IMG/VR virus record: IMGVR_UViG_3300046457_000175
Span: 55,290-119,289 of that record
Reading direction: 5' to 3' (one strand)
Source: a virus
DNA length: 64,000 bases
Part shown: positions 9,303 to 17,694 of the stretch, in pieces
Position numbering within the stretch: position 1 is the first letter of the stretch
How the letters are laid out: the number at the start of each line of letters is the position of its first letter
Notes under the pieces: model-generated
What the model was told of the DNA's origin: nothing
Seen by the model: the letters and a program-made list of their open reading frames with translations, nothing else
The model's database searches: none
Made by a program: the position numbers and the translations under genes

Positions 9303-10027
9303 TCGTCCTTCCAGTCGATGGTGATGGTCCCATCGGGACCGGTTACAAGCTCGGCCTCGAAGAACTCGACGGCCTTGCGAATGGCGGGCATGTAAGGGCC
9401 TGTCCCGCGCCTTGCGCGATGGGCGGCCACGTTGGTGAAGTATGCGGATGTTCCCAGCTCGCAGTCGAGACCGCGGATGGAGAATCCGTCTTCCCTTGCC
9501 CGTGTTCTGATGGCGTCCGCCAGCGGCTCACCGATGATGGCAAGCGGCTTTTCGTGGTATCGAAACAGCTCGATCCCGAGTGCCTTGGCGTGCTGCTTGA
9601 TCTCGTGGCATGTTCGATGCGGTAGGATGTGATGGATGCGGTTCACGCCCATGGTTGGCGCAGCCCGTCTGAGTTCCTCGTCCTCTCCGGCGGTCCATGG
9701 CAGGCGGCGAAAGCCTAGCCCTGGTGTCGTGTCGCGCTTGTTCTGGAGAGAGTTTCTCGATCTGTCAGGCGGCAACAATTGTTGCAGCTGTGCCGTCTTC
9801 AGGTGTCGATTGCGCCGAATGATGTCCAGCTCGCCGGATGTCCAGGCGTTGCCATTCCTGACAAAGAAGGTGCTATCGAACTTCTCGGCACCAGAACTTC
9901 TGGAGGCAGTCCGGACACTCGATGGCCTCGACTGACTTGTCTCCCTCTTCGTCGAAGTGGAAGTTGCAGTAGGGGCAGTCGAAGTGGGTTCGGAGAGAAC
10001 CGATGATGTGTTCTTCATAGTTGTCAC
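9299..10027 (-). CDS. Myb/SANT-like repeat DNA-binding protein (start uncertain)
   Basis: Two W-T-x-G-E repeats (AWTSGELDIIR, PWTAGEDEELR) plus a C-terminal HTH-like segment; 5' part overlaps another gene. Confidence 0.6.
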   Translation of the reverse strand: MTTMKNTSSVLSEPTSTAPTATSTSTKRETSQSRPSSVRTASRSSGAEKFDSTFFVRNGNAWTSGELDIIRRNRHLKTAQLQQLLPPDRSRNSLQNKRDTTPGLGFRRLPWTAGEDEELRRAAPTMGVNRIHHILPHRTCHEIKQHAKALGIELFRYHEKPLAIIGEPLADAIRTRAREDGFSIRGLDCELGTSAYFTNVAAHRARRGTGPYMPAIRKAVEFFEAELVTGPDGTITIDWKDE

Positions 10028-10037
10028 GCTCGCTCAC
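9873..10037 (-). CDS. Small Zn-ribbon protein
   Basis: CPYC...CPDC; GTG start overlapping previous stop. Confidence 0.7.
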   Translation of the reverse strand: MSERDNYEEHIIGSLRTHFDCPYCNFHFDEEGDKSVEAIECPDCLQKFWCREVR

Positions 10038-10237
10038 GCAAATGCTCGCTTGTTGGCGTCGATGAAGCGCCGCTCGCTGCGACGCTCCAGTCCTCGCCAC
10101 GTCTTTGCGAATGGTTCATGGTGGCGCTTCCAGGTGCTGGCTTCCATGAGGAAGCGGAACGCAGCACCCAGCTTGCGCTGTGCCGGCGACCCCTTATCGC
10201 AAGGGTGCCGCCACCTCCGGCGCCGGAGCCGCTTCAT
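10034..10237 (-). CDS. Basic hypothetical protein
   Basis: Coupled ORF in operon. Confidence 0.55.
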   Translation of the reverse strand: MKRLRRRRWRHPCDKGSPAQRKLGAAFRFLMEASTWKRHHEPFAKTWRGLERRSERRFIDANKRAFA

Positions 10238-10503
10238 GCGATAGCCTTCCGCTTCATCGTGTCGACGATGCAGTCGTACTCGATCGGATTGTGATCCTTG
10301 AGGAACTGCAGCGCGCTCTGGTGGTATTCGCTACCGGCTTCGGCGACGTCGACGACGAACCGCCATGCCTCGATGTCGGTCTTGAAGACGTCCTGCTCGT
10401 CGCACTTCTGCAACTGCCACGGACCGTTCTCGCTGCCGTGGCATTCGGAAATACACCAGCCCTCATCGGCAGCCGGGTCGTTGTTGAACGCCGGCCCGGT
10501 CAT
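10234..10503 (-). CDS. Hypothetical protein
   Basis: Coupled ORF in operon. Confidence 0.7.
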   Translation of the reverse strand: MTGPAFNNDPAADEGWCISECHGSENGPWQLQKCDEQDVFKTDIEAWRFVVDVAEAGSEYHQSALQFLKDHNPIEYDCIVDTMKRKAIA

Positions 10504-10889
10504 GCTGCCACCTTGTAGAGGACCTCGTGACGGTAGAACTGAGGTTTCGGAGCCTCGTACCAGAACGCCACCCGGGGCGGCTCCTCGAAGACGGAGATCA
10601 CGATCGGGTTGACCGTGTGATAGAGGCGGGCCGCCTTGCGCAGGGTCCGCCCGCTTTCGCGAGCAGTGTCGATGATCAGAAGCCGGAATTTCGAGGGGCA
10701 GTGCTGACCGTACGGGATGTACGGGATGTGCAGCATGTGCGAGGTGTAGACCGCGGCGACCGAGCCGGACCGGCCTGGGCCTGTGACTGCGCCGATGTCG
10801 TCGAGCTGATGCTGCTGCAGGACGATACGCAGCTGGGAGGCAAACTCTTCTTCGCTGACGATGCGGATGGATTTTCTGGGCTCAGTCAT
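10500..10889 (-). CDS. Type I phosphoribosyltransferase-like protein
   Basis: VTGPGRSG and PRPP-loop-like LLIIDTARESGRT. Confidence 0.65.
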   Translation of the reverse strand: MTEPRKSIRIVSEEEFASQLRIVLQQHQLDDIGAVTGPGRSGSVAAVYTSHMLHIPYIPYGQHCPSKFRLLIIDTARESGRTLRKAARLYHTVNPIVISVFEEPPRVAFWYEAPKPQFYRHEVLYKVAA

Positions 10890-11106
10890 GGTGCTGCTCC
10901 TGGTCTGCGTTGAGTTCGTTGACGAGAACACGTTCCGGAAAGTCGGGAGGCAGGCCGAACGCTTGCAGCGCCAGCTCGACAATCGGTTGAAATTCTGTGG
11001 GCACATCGCCCTGGTGGTCGCAGACGAGATTGACCAACCGTCTCGCAGCCTCGAAGGCGCGGAAGGCTTCCTTGATCTGGGCATCGTCACCCAATCGTCT
11101 CGGCAT
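10882..11106 (-). CDS. Hypothetical protein
   Basis: GGAG RBS, in operon. Confidence 0.65.
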   Translation of the reverse strand: MPRRLGDDAQIKEAFRAFEAARRLVNLVCDHQGDVPTEFQPIVELALQAFGLPPDFPERVLVNELNADQEQHHD

Positions 11107-11164
11107 GTTCGTCTCCCGTGGTAGGGCGACCCGTCCCCCGAAGGAGACGGGCCGCTTTGCTGGC

Positions 11165-12082
11165 TCAGCCGTAACGGACGTTCTTGTTCAGCGCCCAGTA
11201 GGGGCCGTTGCCGTCCCTCGGATCGAGGTACAGCGACTTCTGGCTGTCACGACGCAGCTTCACGATCGTGCAGGCGCGGATGCCGAAGCCCTGACGCGAG
11301 GCGTAGACGGTCTGACCGACGCGGCGGGTCTGGCCGGCGACGTACATCTCGGTCGGAGCGTCGGTGGAGGGCGCAGCGACCGGGGCGACCGAAGCCACCT
11401 CGTCCTCCTGCTCCTCATCACCGTCCTCGTTGTTGCCGTCGAGAGCTTCTGCGAGCTGGCCGATATCTTCCGAAGCGATCGGCTCGGCAACCTTCGGCGC
11501 CTCGATCACCAGCGCGAATACGCCGGCAACTTCGTCGACGTCGGTTTCAGCACGGGCTGCATCCTCGGAGGCGTACAGCTCCTCGTCGATGGTCAGCTTG
11601 CGACCGTCGCGGCCGATGACCACGTAGATGGTCCGCGGATACGGCTGGTCCTGCTCGACCTTGTGATCGCCGGAAGCCGAGTCGCCGTCCGTGTCGAACT
11701 GGTCGATGCACTGCTCGCCGTGCTTCCAGAAGGTGATTACGACCGGATGCAGGCTGCCCTTCAGCACGGTGACGATCTTGGCTTCGTCGAAGGCCTCGTC
11801 GTTGTAGTCCGCGCTGTCGAGCACGACGATCGGCAGGTTGAAGTCGATCAGGCCGATCGGGTACTGCGGGATGGTCGGCGGGGTCTCGGGAGCGGGGAGG
11901 GCCAGCGCCACTTCGGGCGGGAGGATCTCACCGTTCAGCGGAGCCTCGTCATTCACAGCCACGAAGACGACGGGCTCGGGCTGGGGCTCAGGAGTCGGCG
12001 CCGGCTGCTGATCTTCGATCGGTGCCGCGGCGATTGCGGTGGCGGCGTAGAGGTAGGGACGGTCTTGGCTGGGATCGCTCAT
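11165..12082 (-). CDS. Acidic, Pro-rich hypothetical protein (305 aa)
   Basis: AAGGA RBS; consistent codon style. Confidence 0.75.
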   Translation of the reverse strand: MSDPSQDRPYLYAATAIAAAPIEDQQPAPTPEPQPEPVVFVAVNDEAPLNGEILPPEVALALPAPETPPTIPQYPIGLIDFNLPIVVLDSADYNDEAFDEAKIVTVLKGSLHPVVITFWKHGEQCIDQFDTDGDSASGDHKVEQDQPYPRTIYVVIGRDGRKLTIDEELYASEDAARAETDVDEVAGVFALVIEAPKVAEPIASEDIGQLAEALDGNNEDGDEEQEDEVASVAPVAAPSTDAPTEMYVAGQTRRVGQTVYASRQGFGIRACTIVKLRRDSQKSLYLDPRDGNGPYWALNKNVRYG

Positions 12083-12170
12083 CTAGTTTCCTTCGGTGGT
12101 TGCGGGCCGGTTGAAACTCACCCCCGTTCGTGAGGGCGGCGCGCGGGTTCAGAACGGGGGTGTGCAAAGG

Positions 12171-12185
12171 CTTGCATTCAAGCAA
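12171..12185 (-). promoter_or_regulatory. Operator-like motif TTGCTTGAATGCAAG
   Basis: Near-exact copy; followed by an 11-bp perfect hairpin (CACCCCCGTTC/GAACGGGGGTG). Confidence 0.65.
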
Positions 12186-12199
12186 GCGAGAAGGCATGG

Positions 12200-12646
12200 C
12201 TACGCCAGGCGGACTTGGTCCAGGCCGCAGGCGGTGGCCCAGTTGACCTCGCCGGTTGTCAGGAACATGTCGATCGCGGCGAGCGCGGCGCCCGGCGTGA
12301 TGTCGTCGTACGCCATGTCGTCGATCTGTTCGAGATCGGGGTAGTAGAGCGGCTTGAGCGCGTCGGCGTAGCCTTCGTTGACATAGCGACCAGCGCTCGG
12401 GCTCGTCGTCGTGCGGTCCCGGCTCATGACGTGCCAGACCCAGCCGCCGATGCAGCAGGTCGTGCCGCACTTGGACGCCTTCTCGGCGAAATTCATGTTG
12501 AAACCGTCCGGATGCTCGACGTCGCTGTTCGGGTCGTGTTTGAACGTGCCCTTTGCGAACAGCTCACGGACCTCCAGCAGCGCCCGATGCTCGCCGGACG
12601 TGATCTCCAGGGCTGCCGCCGGAAGAAACTCTCTGTCGTTGCTCAT
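12200..12646 (-). CDS. Phage hypothetical protein with CGTTCCIGGW motif
   Basis: GGAG RBS before MSNDREF. Confidence 0.7.
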   Translation of the reverse strand: MSNDREFLPAAALEITSGEHRALLEVRELFAKGTFKHDPNSDVEHPDGFNMNFAEKASKCGTTCCIGGWVWHVMSRDRTTTSPSAGRYVNEGYADALKPLYYPDLEQIDDMAYDDITPGAALAAIDMFLTTGEVNWATACGLDQVRLA

Positions 12647-12746
12647 CTCAAAATCTCCGTGTTGGGCTCGCCTCGAATAGAGGGCGTTTGCAGGAACTGC
12701 AAGCACAAATTTGCAGGAATGCAAATTATCTGCTAGAGCATGTGGC

Positions 12747-13184
12747 ATGCAGCGAACCGAGATTTTTTACGGACTCCCTTGGCTTCAGACGAAGCCGGAA
12801 CTCAAAATCTTCAAGGAACTCGGCTTCGCTTGTGTCTATGCGGTCGGCCCTTCCGGGGGTCGGCCGCTTAAGATCAGCTGGTCACGTCAGTTCCGGGAGA
12901 AGCTGATCGAGCTTCAGGGCGGCAACTGGAATGCACTCCAGGTCCATGACGTTGCCTGGATGTCTGGCGACCTCGTGGCCATGCGGACGGTCAGTGATAT
13001 GACTGCCATCCTCGACAAGGCGAAGCGCAGGCTGATTGGGGACTGGTTCGATGTGACACCAGAACTCGCCAAGCAAACGCTGCGCCTCGCCACGGATAAG
13101 GCCGGCATCCCGACTTTCACCCATGTCGAAATGCTCGACAAGGTGAAGAAGGAACGGAACCGTCGGATCGCCGTATTGCAGTGA
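12747..13184 (+). CDS. GIY-YIG/T5orf172-like protein
   Basis: CVYAVG...LKISWS...LIELQGGNWNAL resembles YVYFI..VKIG.S..RL..LQTGNP. Confidence 0.6.
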   Translation: MQRTEIFYGLPWLQTKPELKIFKELGFACVYAVGPSGGRPLKISWSRQFREKLIELQGGNWNALQVHDVAWMSGDLVAMRTVSDMTAILDKAKRRLIGDWFDVTPELAKQTLRLATDKAGIPTFTHVEMLDKVKKERNRRIAVLQ

Positions 13185-13190
13185 GCACGC

Positions 13191-13436
13191 CTAACGCTGC
13201 CGCTTGACGTAAGGGTGACTGCACTCGCTGCCGTCGAGGAAGCGATAGTGGACGCGACTGCCGCGGATCAGAGTTGCCTCAGCCGGGACGTTGAACGCCG
13301 AGACATTGGCGACCCTCTCCAGGTGGAGCGTGGCCATGGTGCGGCCGGTCTGGTTCGCTTCTCGTTGCAGCATTGTGGCGTGCCAGCCGCGAGCCCAGCC
13401 GTTGGCGTTGATCCGGTCGATCTCTTTCTGCGCCAT
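13191..13436 (-). CDS. Hypothetical protein
   Basis: RBS, ORF track. Confidence 0.6.
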   Translation of the reverse strand: MAQKEIDRINANGWARGWHATMLQREANQTGRTMATLHLERVANVSAFNVPAEATLIRGSRVHYRFLDGSECSHPYVKRQR

Positions 13437-13443
13437 GTCTTCC

Positions 13444-13755
13444 TCAGTTGCCGGTTAAGAAGTCCATGAGACGATCCTTCACGTCGTGATCGTCGCACTG
13501 GATGGTGATCTCGGTGCCGGTACACGAGACGGTGGCAGCGAGCAGGTCGGGATGCGGAAGCTGCAGAACGGCGTCGCGCCTTGCCCTGCACCTACGCGCT
13601 TTGACCTGGTCGATCTGCTTCTGTGCCTCGGTCAGCGACTTCTTGCGACGAAACTCCATCGCCGACTTGAAGTTGATGCCCTTGCCGCTGTAGCTGACCC
13701 AACACGGTGGATCGATCGTGTAGGCCAGCTGCTTTACGTCTTGCTCGTAAGGCAT
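13444..13755 (-). CDS. Hypothetical protein
   Basis: ORF track, in operon. Confidence 0.6.
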   Translation of the reverse strand: MPYEQDVKQLAYTIDPPCWVSYSGKGINFKSAMEFRRKKSLTEAQKQIDQVKARRCRARRDAVLQLPHPDLLAATVSCTGTEITIQCDDHDVKDRLMDFLTGN

Positions 13756-14267
13756 TTCTCGATCTCCTTGATGAAGTCGAGCAGGGCGCCCGTGGTGATC
13801 GCGTAACCGCCTTCGTACGTCGCGGTCTCTCGGTAGAGCTTCTTCATTTGCTCCAGGACGCGACGCAGATCCTTCGACGGATCACGTCCGCAGTCCTCGA
13901 AGGCCACCTCGCGGCAGCGCCGCATCATGAACTCGTAGGCGCCTTCGCCATCGTCGTTCCAGCCCAGAGACCGCGCGACCTTCAGGAGGTATTCTCCTGT
14001 CCGACGCTCTCGCTCTGGCTCGTCCACGAGTTTCATGTCGACGTGCTGAGCAATCTCGTTCGGGTCGACGCGACGCCGCTCGCCGTCCTTCTCGTCGGAC
14101 ATGACGATGAAGTTGCCGTTTCGGGTGTCGATCCGGATGTTGACGTATTTGAACTCCGCCTTCTTGATCCAGGCGAAATGCTTCAATACGCTGATGAAGC
14201 GGCCGAGACCGGTGTACCAGCGGTTGAACTCGACGCCGTTGCTCGGCCACTCTCGTTGCTCAGACAT
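13734..14267 (-). CDS. Hypothetical protein
   Basis: GGAGG RBS. Confidence 0.7.
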   Translation of the reverse strand: MSEQREWPSNGVEFNRWYTGLGRFISVLKHFAWIKKAEFKYVNIRIDTRNGNFIVMSDEKDGERRRVDPNEIAQHVDMKLVDEPERERRTGEYLLKVARSLGWNDDGEGAYEFMMRRCREVAFEDCGRDPSKDLRRVLEQMKKLYRETATYEGGYAITTGALLDFIKEIEKCLTSKT

Positions 14268-14440
14268 CAGTCCTCCAAAATTACCCGAACGCGCTTGACG
14301 GTGTGGCTGCGAAGCTGGTGGTATTCGGTAATGTAGAATTGAGCATCGCGCTTCGTGATGCAGACCGAGTCCACCTGGATCGTCCCGCGTTTGTTGACGA
14401 TGGCGTAGCCGAGCTGGCCCTTCTTCTTACTTCGCGGCAT
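14267..14440 (-). CDS. Small basic protein (57 aa, MPRSKKKGQLGYAIV...)
   Basis: Own translation; fills gap with coupled stop/start. Confidence 0.6.
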   Translation of the reverse strand: MPRSKKKGQLGYAIVNKRGTIQVDSVCITKRDAQFYITEYHQLRSHTVKRVRVILED

Positions 14441-14972
14441 TCATCAGCTCCTGCTCGGCTCTGGCAACGCCTTCCCAGGCCTCCTGCCAGATGCCGAAGC
14501 AGTACTGGCGGACGTTCGTGAGCACCGGCATCAGCAACAGCTTCTCAGGGATGTAGAGCTTGCGCGCAAAGCTGGGGTTGTTCGCGACGATGTCGCGGGT
14601 GTTGCTGATGGTGTCGGCACACTTGACCATTTGACCGCGCCAGGACGCGCCGGCCAGGTATTGCCGATCGAGCCGCTTCCGCCTGCCGCGAAGGCCATGC
14701 TCTGGCCGGCTGACGTCCGTCACCTCCAGCACCATCTCGGCGATGTCGTTCCCGAACTCGCGGGAGACAGCGTTGTAATCGCTATCGGTGTCTTCGAGGA
14801 CGTCGTGCAACCACCCAGCAGCAACCACGTCTGCGGTCGCCGAGTATCGCAGGAGAATGGAAGCGACCTCCTCAAGGTGGTGCCAATAGGGGATGTCGCC
14901 GTAGTCGCGCTTCTGGTCGCCGTGCGCCTTGATTGCGAAGTCCTTAGCGGCGTGGATCAGTCCGAGGTCCAT
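14427..14972 (-). CDS. HD-domain (p)ppGpp hydrolase-like protein (Mesh1/SAH type)
   Basis: AH.DQKR...PY..H..EVA, AAGWLHDVLEDT, VKCADTISN. Confidence 0.85.
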   Translation of the reverse strand: MDLGLIHAAKDFAIKAHGDQKRDYGDIPYWHHLEEVASILLRYSATADVVAAGWLHDVLEDTDSDYNAVSREFGNDIAEMVLEVTDVSRPEHGLRGRRKRLDRQYLAGASWRGQMVKCADTISNTRDIVANNPSFARKLYIPEKLLLMPVLTNVRQYCFGIWQEAWEGVARAEQELMNAAK

Positions 14973-15169
14973 CAGGCGGCTCTCTGGTTGTCGTTGTTGG
15001 CGGCGCGGACTTCATCCAGGCTCATGGAGGGGACGCTGATGCTGAGTTGCATCGGTTCCTTCCAGGAGAAGCCGGCGTAGTCGCGGTGGGTGTGAATGTG
15101 CTTGAACTGGTGGACCACGAAGGTCTCGAACGGGAGCCGGTACTCGGGGCCGGTTACGAATGCGAACAT
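14972..15169 (-). CDS. Hypothetical protein
   Basis: Coupled ORF. Confidence 0.6.
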   Translation of the reverse strand: MFAFVTGPEYRLPFETFVVHQFKHIHTHRDYAGFSWKEPMQLSISVPSMSLDEVRAANNDNQRAA

Positions 15170-15408
15170 CAGATCCTCATCAGTTTGCGGCGCTGCGTGG
15201 TGCTCATGCCGAGCAGCAGGCAGGCTAGTTCGTGGCCCTCGGTGTCACCGCGTTCGAGTGCGCTCTCGATGCAGCCCTTGACGTGGACGTCGCGGACATT
15301 GCCGTCGTCGAGGACGACGTGGAGCGCGCCCCAGGAAGGATTGGCCTCGCGATAGGCGCGGAACCGATCGACGACCTGGGGCACGGAGAGGGAGTTGCTG
15401 GGCTTCAT
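15169..15408 (-). CDS. Phage hypothetical protein (WGALHVVLDDGNV motif)
   Basis: AGGA RBS; motif familiar from phage small proteins. Confidence 0.7.
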   Translation of the reverse strand: MKPSNSLSVPQVVDRFRAYREANPSWGALHVVLDDGNVRDVHVKGCIESALERGDTEGHELACLLLGMSTTQRRKLMRI

Positions 15409-15433
15409 TTGCGTAATCCTTGCACGAAAGTCA

Positions 15434-15448
15434 GTTGCATTCAAGCAA
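15434..15448 (-). promoter_or_regulatory. Operator-like motif TTGCTTGAATGCAAC
   Basis: Near-exact copy. Confidence 0.65.
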
Positions 15449-15574
15449 AGATTATGGCACACCAGACCAGCGCCGAGATCGCCAGAGCGGTCACTACTGT
15501 CTTTGCGCGGATGAACTCGGTCGCTGGAGCCTGGAGCATGTTGCTTTCCTTGTTGATGATGCTGGTGGGGACGA

Positions 15575-15757
15575 TCAGGCGAAACCTGCGACCTCGCCAG
15601 ACTTCATGAGGATTGCGACGAACCCGAAGTCGAAGGTCCGGTCGTCGTTGCGCTGACGCCGCGGCTTGACACGGAAGGCGTCGGCTCGCTTCTCCTCCAC
15701 TGCCTTCTGGGCGGCGGAACGTGCGGATCGCTCGGAGATGTAGAGATTCTTGTCCAT
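15575..15757 (-). CDS. Hypothetical protein (60 aa)
   Basis: MDKNLYISERS start with GAGGA RBS. Confidence 0.6.
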   Translation of the reverse strand: MDKNLYISERSARSAAQKAVEEKRADAFRVKPRRQRNDDRTFDFGFVAILMKSGEVAGFA

Positions 15758-15765
15758 GGGGTTCC

Positions 15766-16167
15766 TCACTTCTTCTTCATGAAGCCGACGTTGATCATCG
15801 TGGTGCCGTACTTCTGACAGAAGAAGCCGTTGCCCTTTTTGAGTTCGTCCAGCAGGACCTCCAAGTTGGTCCGGACCCGCTGTGTCACGGCTGGAATGAG
15901 CTTGGTGCGGTCGTACTCCAGGCCGAACGTCACCTGGATCGCAGCCTGGATGGCCGGGGCCAGAGTATCGAAGTCGGCACCGACCTGATCGGCGGCCTGT
16001 TGGGCTCCGCCGTCGATGAAGTCGTATTTGTCGCACTTCATCGCGACCACGAATGCGATGGATTCGAGATTGACGAAGTCCGAGTCGGTCTTGTTGAAGG
16101 CCTCGGCAGGAGAGGAGAAGGCAAGCGCCAGCGTCACCGCCGACGCCATGATGGCGTGCAGTTTCAT
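15766..16167 (-). CDS. Secreted/periplasmic protein
   Basis: Signal peptide MKLHAIMASAVTLALAFSSPAEA. Confidence 0.75.
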   Translation of the reverse strand: MKLHAIMASAVTLALAFSSPAEAFNKTDSDFVNLESIAFVVAMKCDKYDFIDGGAQQAADQVGADFDTLAPAIQAAIQVTFGLEYDRTKLIPAVTQRVRTNLEVLLDELKKGNGFFCQKYGTTMINVGFMKKK

Positions 16168-16197
16168 AGTCGTAGTCCTTGTGGTGGGGTTCGAAGG

Positions 16198-16359
16198 TTA
16201 GCGGGAGAGGCCGAGCGCCTCGCGGCGATCAGCTTCGTTCAAGACCTTGTTAATCTCGGCCATTTCGATGTGCGCCTCGCGAGGGACCGAGGCCGTCCAG
16301 TGGATGCCGTATCGGGCAACCAGCCGCTTGAAGCGCTCGATTGCTTCGTCTTTGGTCAT
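16198..16359 (-). CDS. Hypothetical protein (53 aa)
   Basis: MTKDEAIERF start. Confidence 0.6.
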   Translation of the reverse strand: MTKDEAIERFKRLVARYGIHWTASVPREAHIEMAEINKVLNEADRREALGLSR

Positions 16360-16556
16360 TGGACATCTCCGCATCCGTTGCAGACGTAGACGCTCTGTTC
16401 GGCGCTCCAGTCCCATTCCGACTCAATGCCGGCCTCGGTGCATTGGCAGCCAATATCCTCAGCCTCGCACACCGGCTCGGCCTCGTCGTCAGGTGGGTTC
16501 AGGAGGTTCTGCCTACGTTGTTGCAGCTTGGCCAGCTCCTTGTCGGTCGGGCTCAT
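16356..16556 (-). CDS. Small Cys-rich (Zn-binding) protein
   Basis: C...CQC...CNGC. Confidence 0.65.
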   Translation of the reverse strand: MSPTDKELAKLQQRRQNLLNPPDDEAEPVCEAEDIGCQCTEAGIESEWDWSAEQSVYVCNGCGDVQ

Positions 16557-16921
16557 AGCTCGTAGCTCCTCTGTCCGGCGACATCGCGGGCGACAGCAAC
16601 GTGCAACTCGCTGATCTCCGGCGCGCTGTATGTTCGGTTCATCCAGGCCACGGACTGGTCGTAGCTTTTGGACTCGAAGACATCCTTCTCGCCCTCGAAG
16701 CCCGCATTTTGCACCACGACGAACATCGGGACGCGAGACCGAGCGTCCGCGAATTTCAGCAACGCCTGGTCGAGATTGTCTCGCAGGTTGCGGGCCTGGA
16801 GGGGGGTGAGCATGGAGTACCTGCCGCCACCCCGCGGACCGATGAGTGCAAGCGCGACCCGTTCCTCGTCGGTGTAGTCAAGGGCTTGCGATGAGACGAA
16901 ACCGGAAACATATTCCCTCAT
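16553..16921 (-). CDS. Hypothetical protein
   Basis: Coupled ORF. Confidence 0.65.
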   Translation of the reverse strand: MREYVSGFVSSQALDYTDEERVALALIGPRGGGRYSMLTPLQARNLRDNLDQALLKFADARSRVPMFVVVQNAGFEGEKDVFESKSYDQSVAWMNRTYSAPEISELHVAVARDVAGQRSYEL

Positions 16922-17175
16922 GACCCGATCACCTTGTGCTCGCTCACTTCGACGCGAGGCATGGAGTTAAAGAGGTCTGCGTATTCGACGACAGCCTCTT
17001 CAAGCCGTCGCTCCCAGTTGTCAGGCGCAATGCCTTCGCATCCGCCCGCGACATCATTCACGATGATGCCCACCAAGTCGGATGCTTCGAGGTCGGCGAG
17101 CGTCTTGGAAGCGCACACCTTGACGATGATGCCGGGCACCGCGTGGTGCTCACCCTCAACTATCCAGACTTTCAT
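16918..17175 (-). CDS. Hypothetical protein
   Basis: GAGGAG RBS. Confidence 0.7.
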   Translation of the reverse strand: MKVWIVEGEHHAVPGIIVKVCASKTLADLEASDLVGIIVNDVAGGCEGIAPDNWERRLEEAVVEYADLFNSMPRVEVSEHKVIGS

Positions 17176-17425
17176 CGCCGTCCTCCTCTTCTTCGTCGTC
17201 AGCCGGCTTGAGCTGATCGAACGTCCACTCGGCGCCGTTCTCGTCGAGGAAGATCATCTTGCCTTCCAGCGTCTCGGTGACCTGGTCGTCGTAGAAGATC
17301 TCGGTGCTTCCCTGGTAGACGGGCTCGCCGTTGTCCTCGATGCCCGTGATCTCGGCGCGGCCGGTCAGCAGCTCCTTGGTGCCGAGGATCGGCGAGCCGG
17401 TGGGGGAAACGTATTCCTTGCTCAT
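17156..17425 (-). CDS. Acidic hypothetical protein (89 aa)
   Basis: MSKEYVSPTGSPILGT start. Confidence 0.7.
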   Translation of the reverse strand: MSKEYVSPTGSPILGTKELLTGRAEITGIEDNGEPVYQGSTEIFYDDQVTETLEGKMIFLDENGAEWTFDQLKPADDEEEEDGDESLDS

Positions 17426-17694
17426 TGGATCACCATCATTGTTGTCGAAAGGCTTTCGTTGTGGGCGCCGAGAACTTCCGCCCAGTCCTCGATTACGCCA
17501 ACCAGTGCATCGACCAGAGGCGTGGGGACGTAGACCGTGGCGGGGTAGGTCTCGACTGCCTCCATGGTCTCCAGGAGGAAGTCGATGGCTTCGAAGCGGA
17601 CTTCGAGCGTAACGTCGTCGGGATGGTCGTGAAGCCACGCCGCCAGATCGCTCAGCTCTTCCTCGCTGGCGGCAACGAGACGACCCGACCTCAT
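17422..17694 (-). CDS. Hypothetical protein
   Basis: Coupled ORF. Confidence 0.6.
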   Translation of the reverse strand: MRSGRLVAASEEELSDLAAWLHDHPDDVTLEVRFEAIDFLLETMEAVETYPATVYVPTPLVDALVGVIEDWAEVLGAHNESLSTTMMVIQ

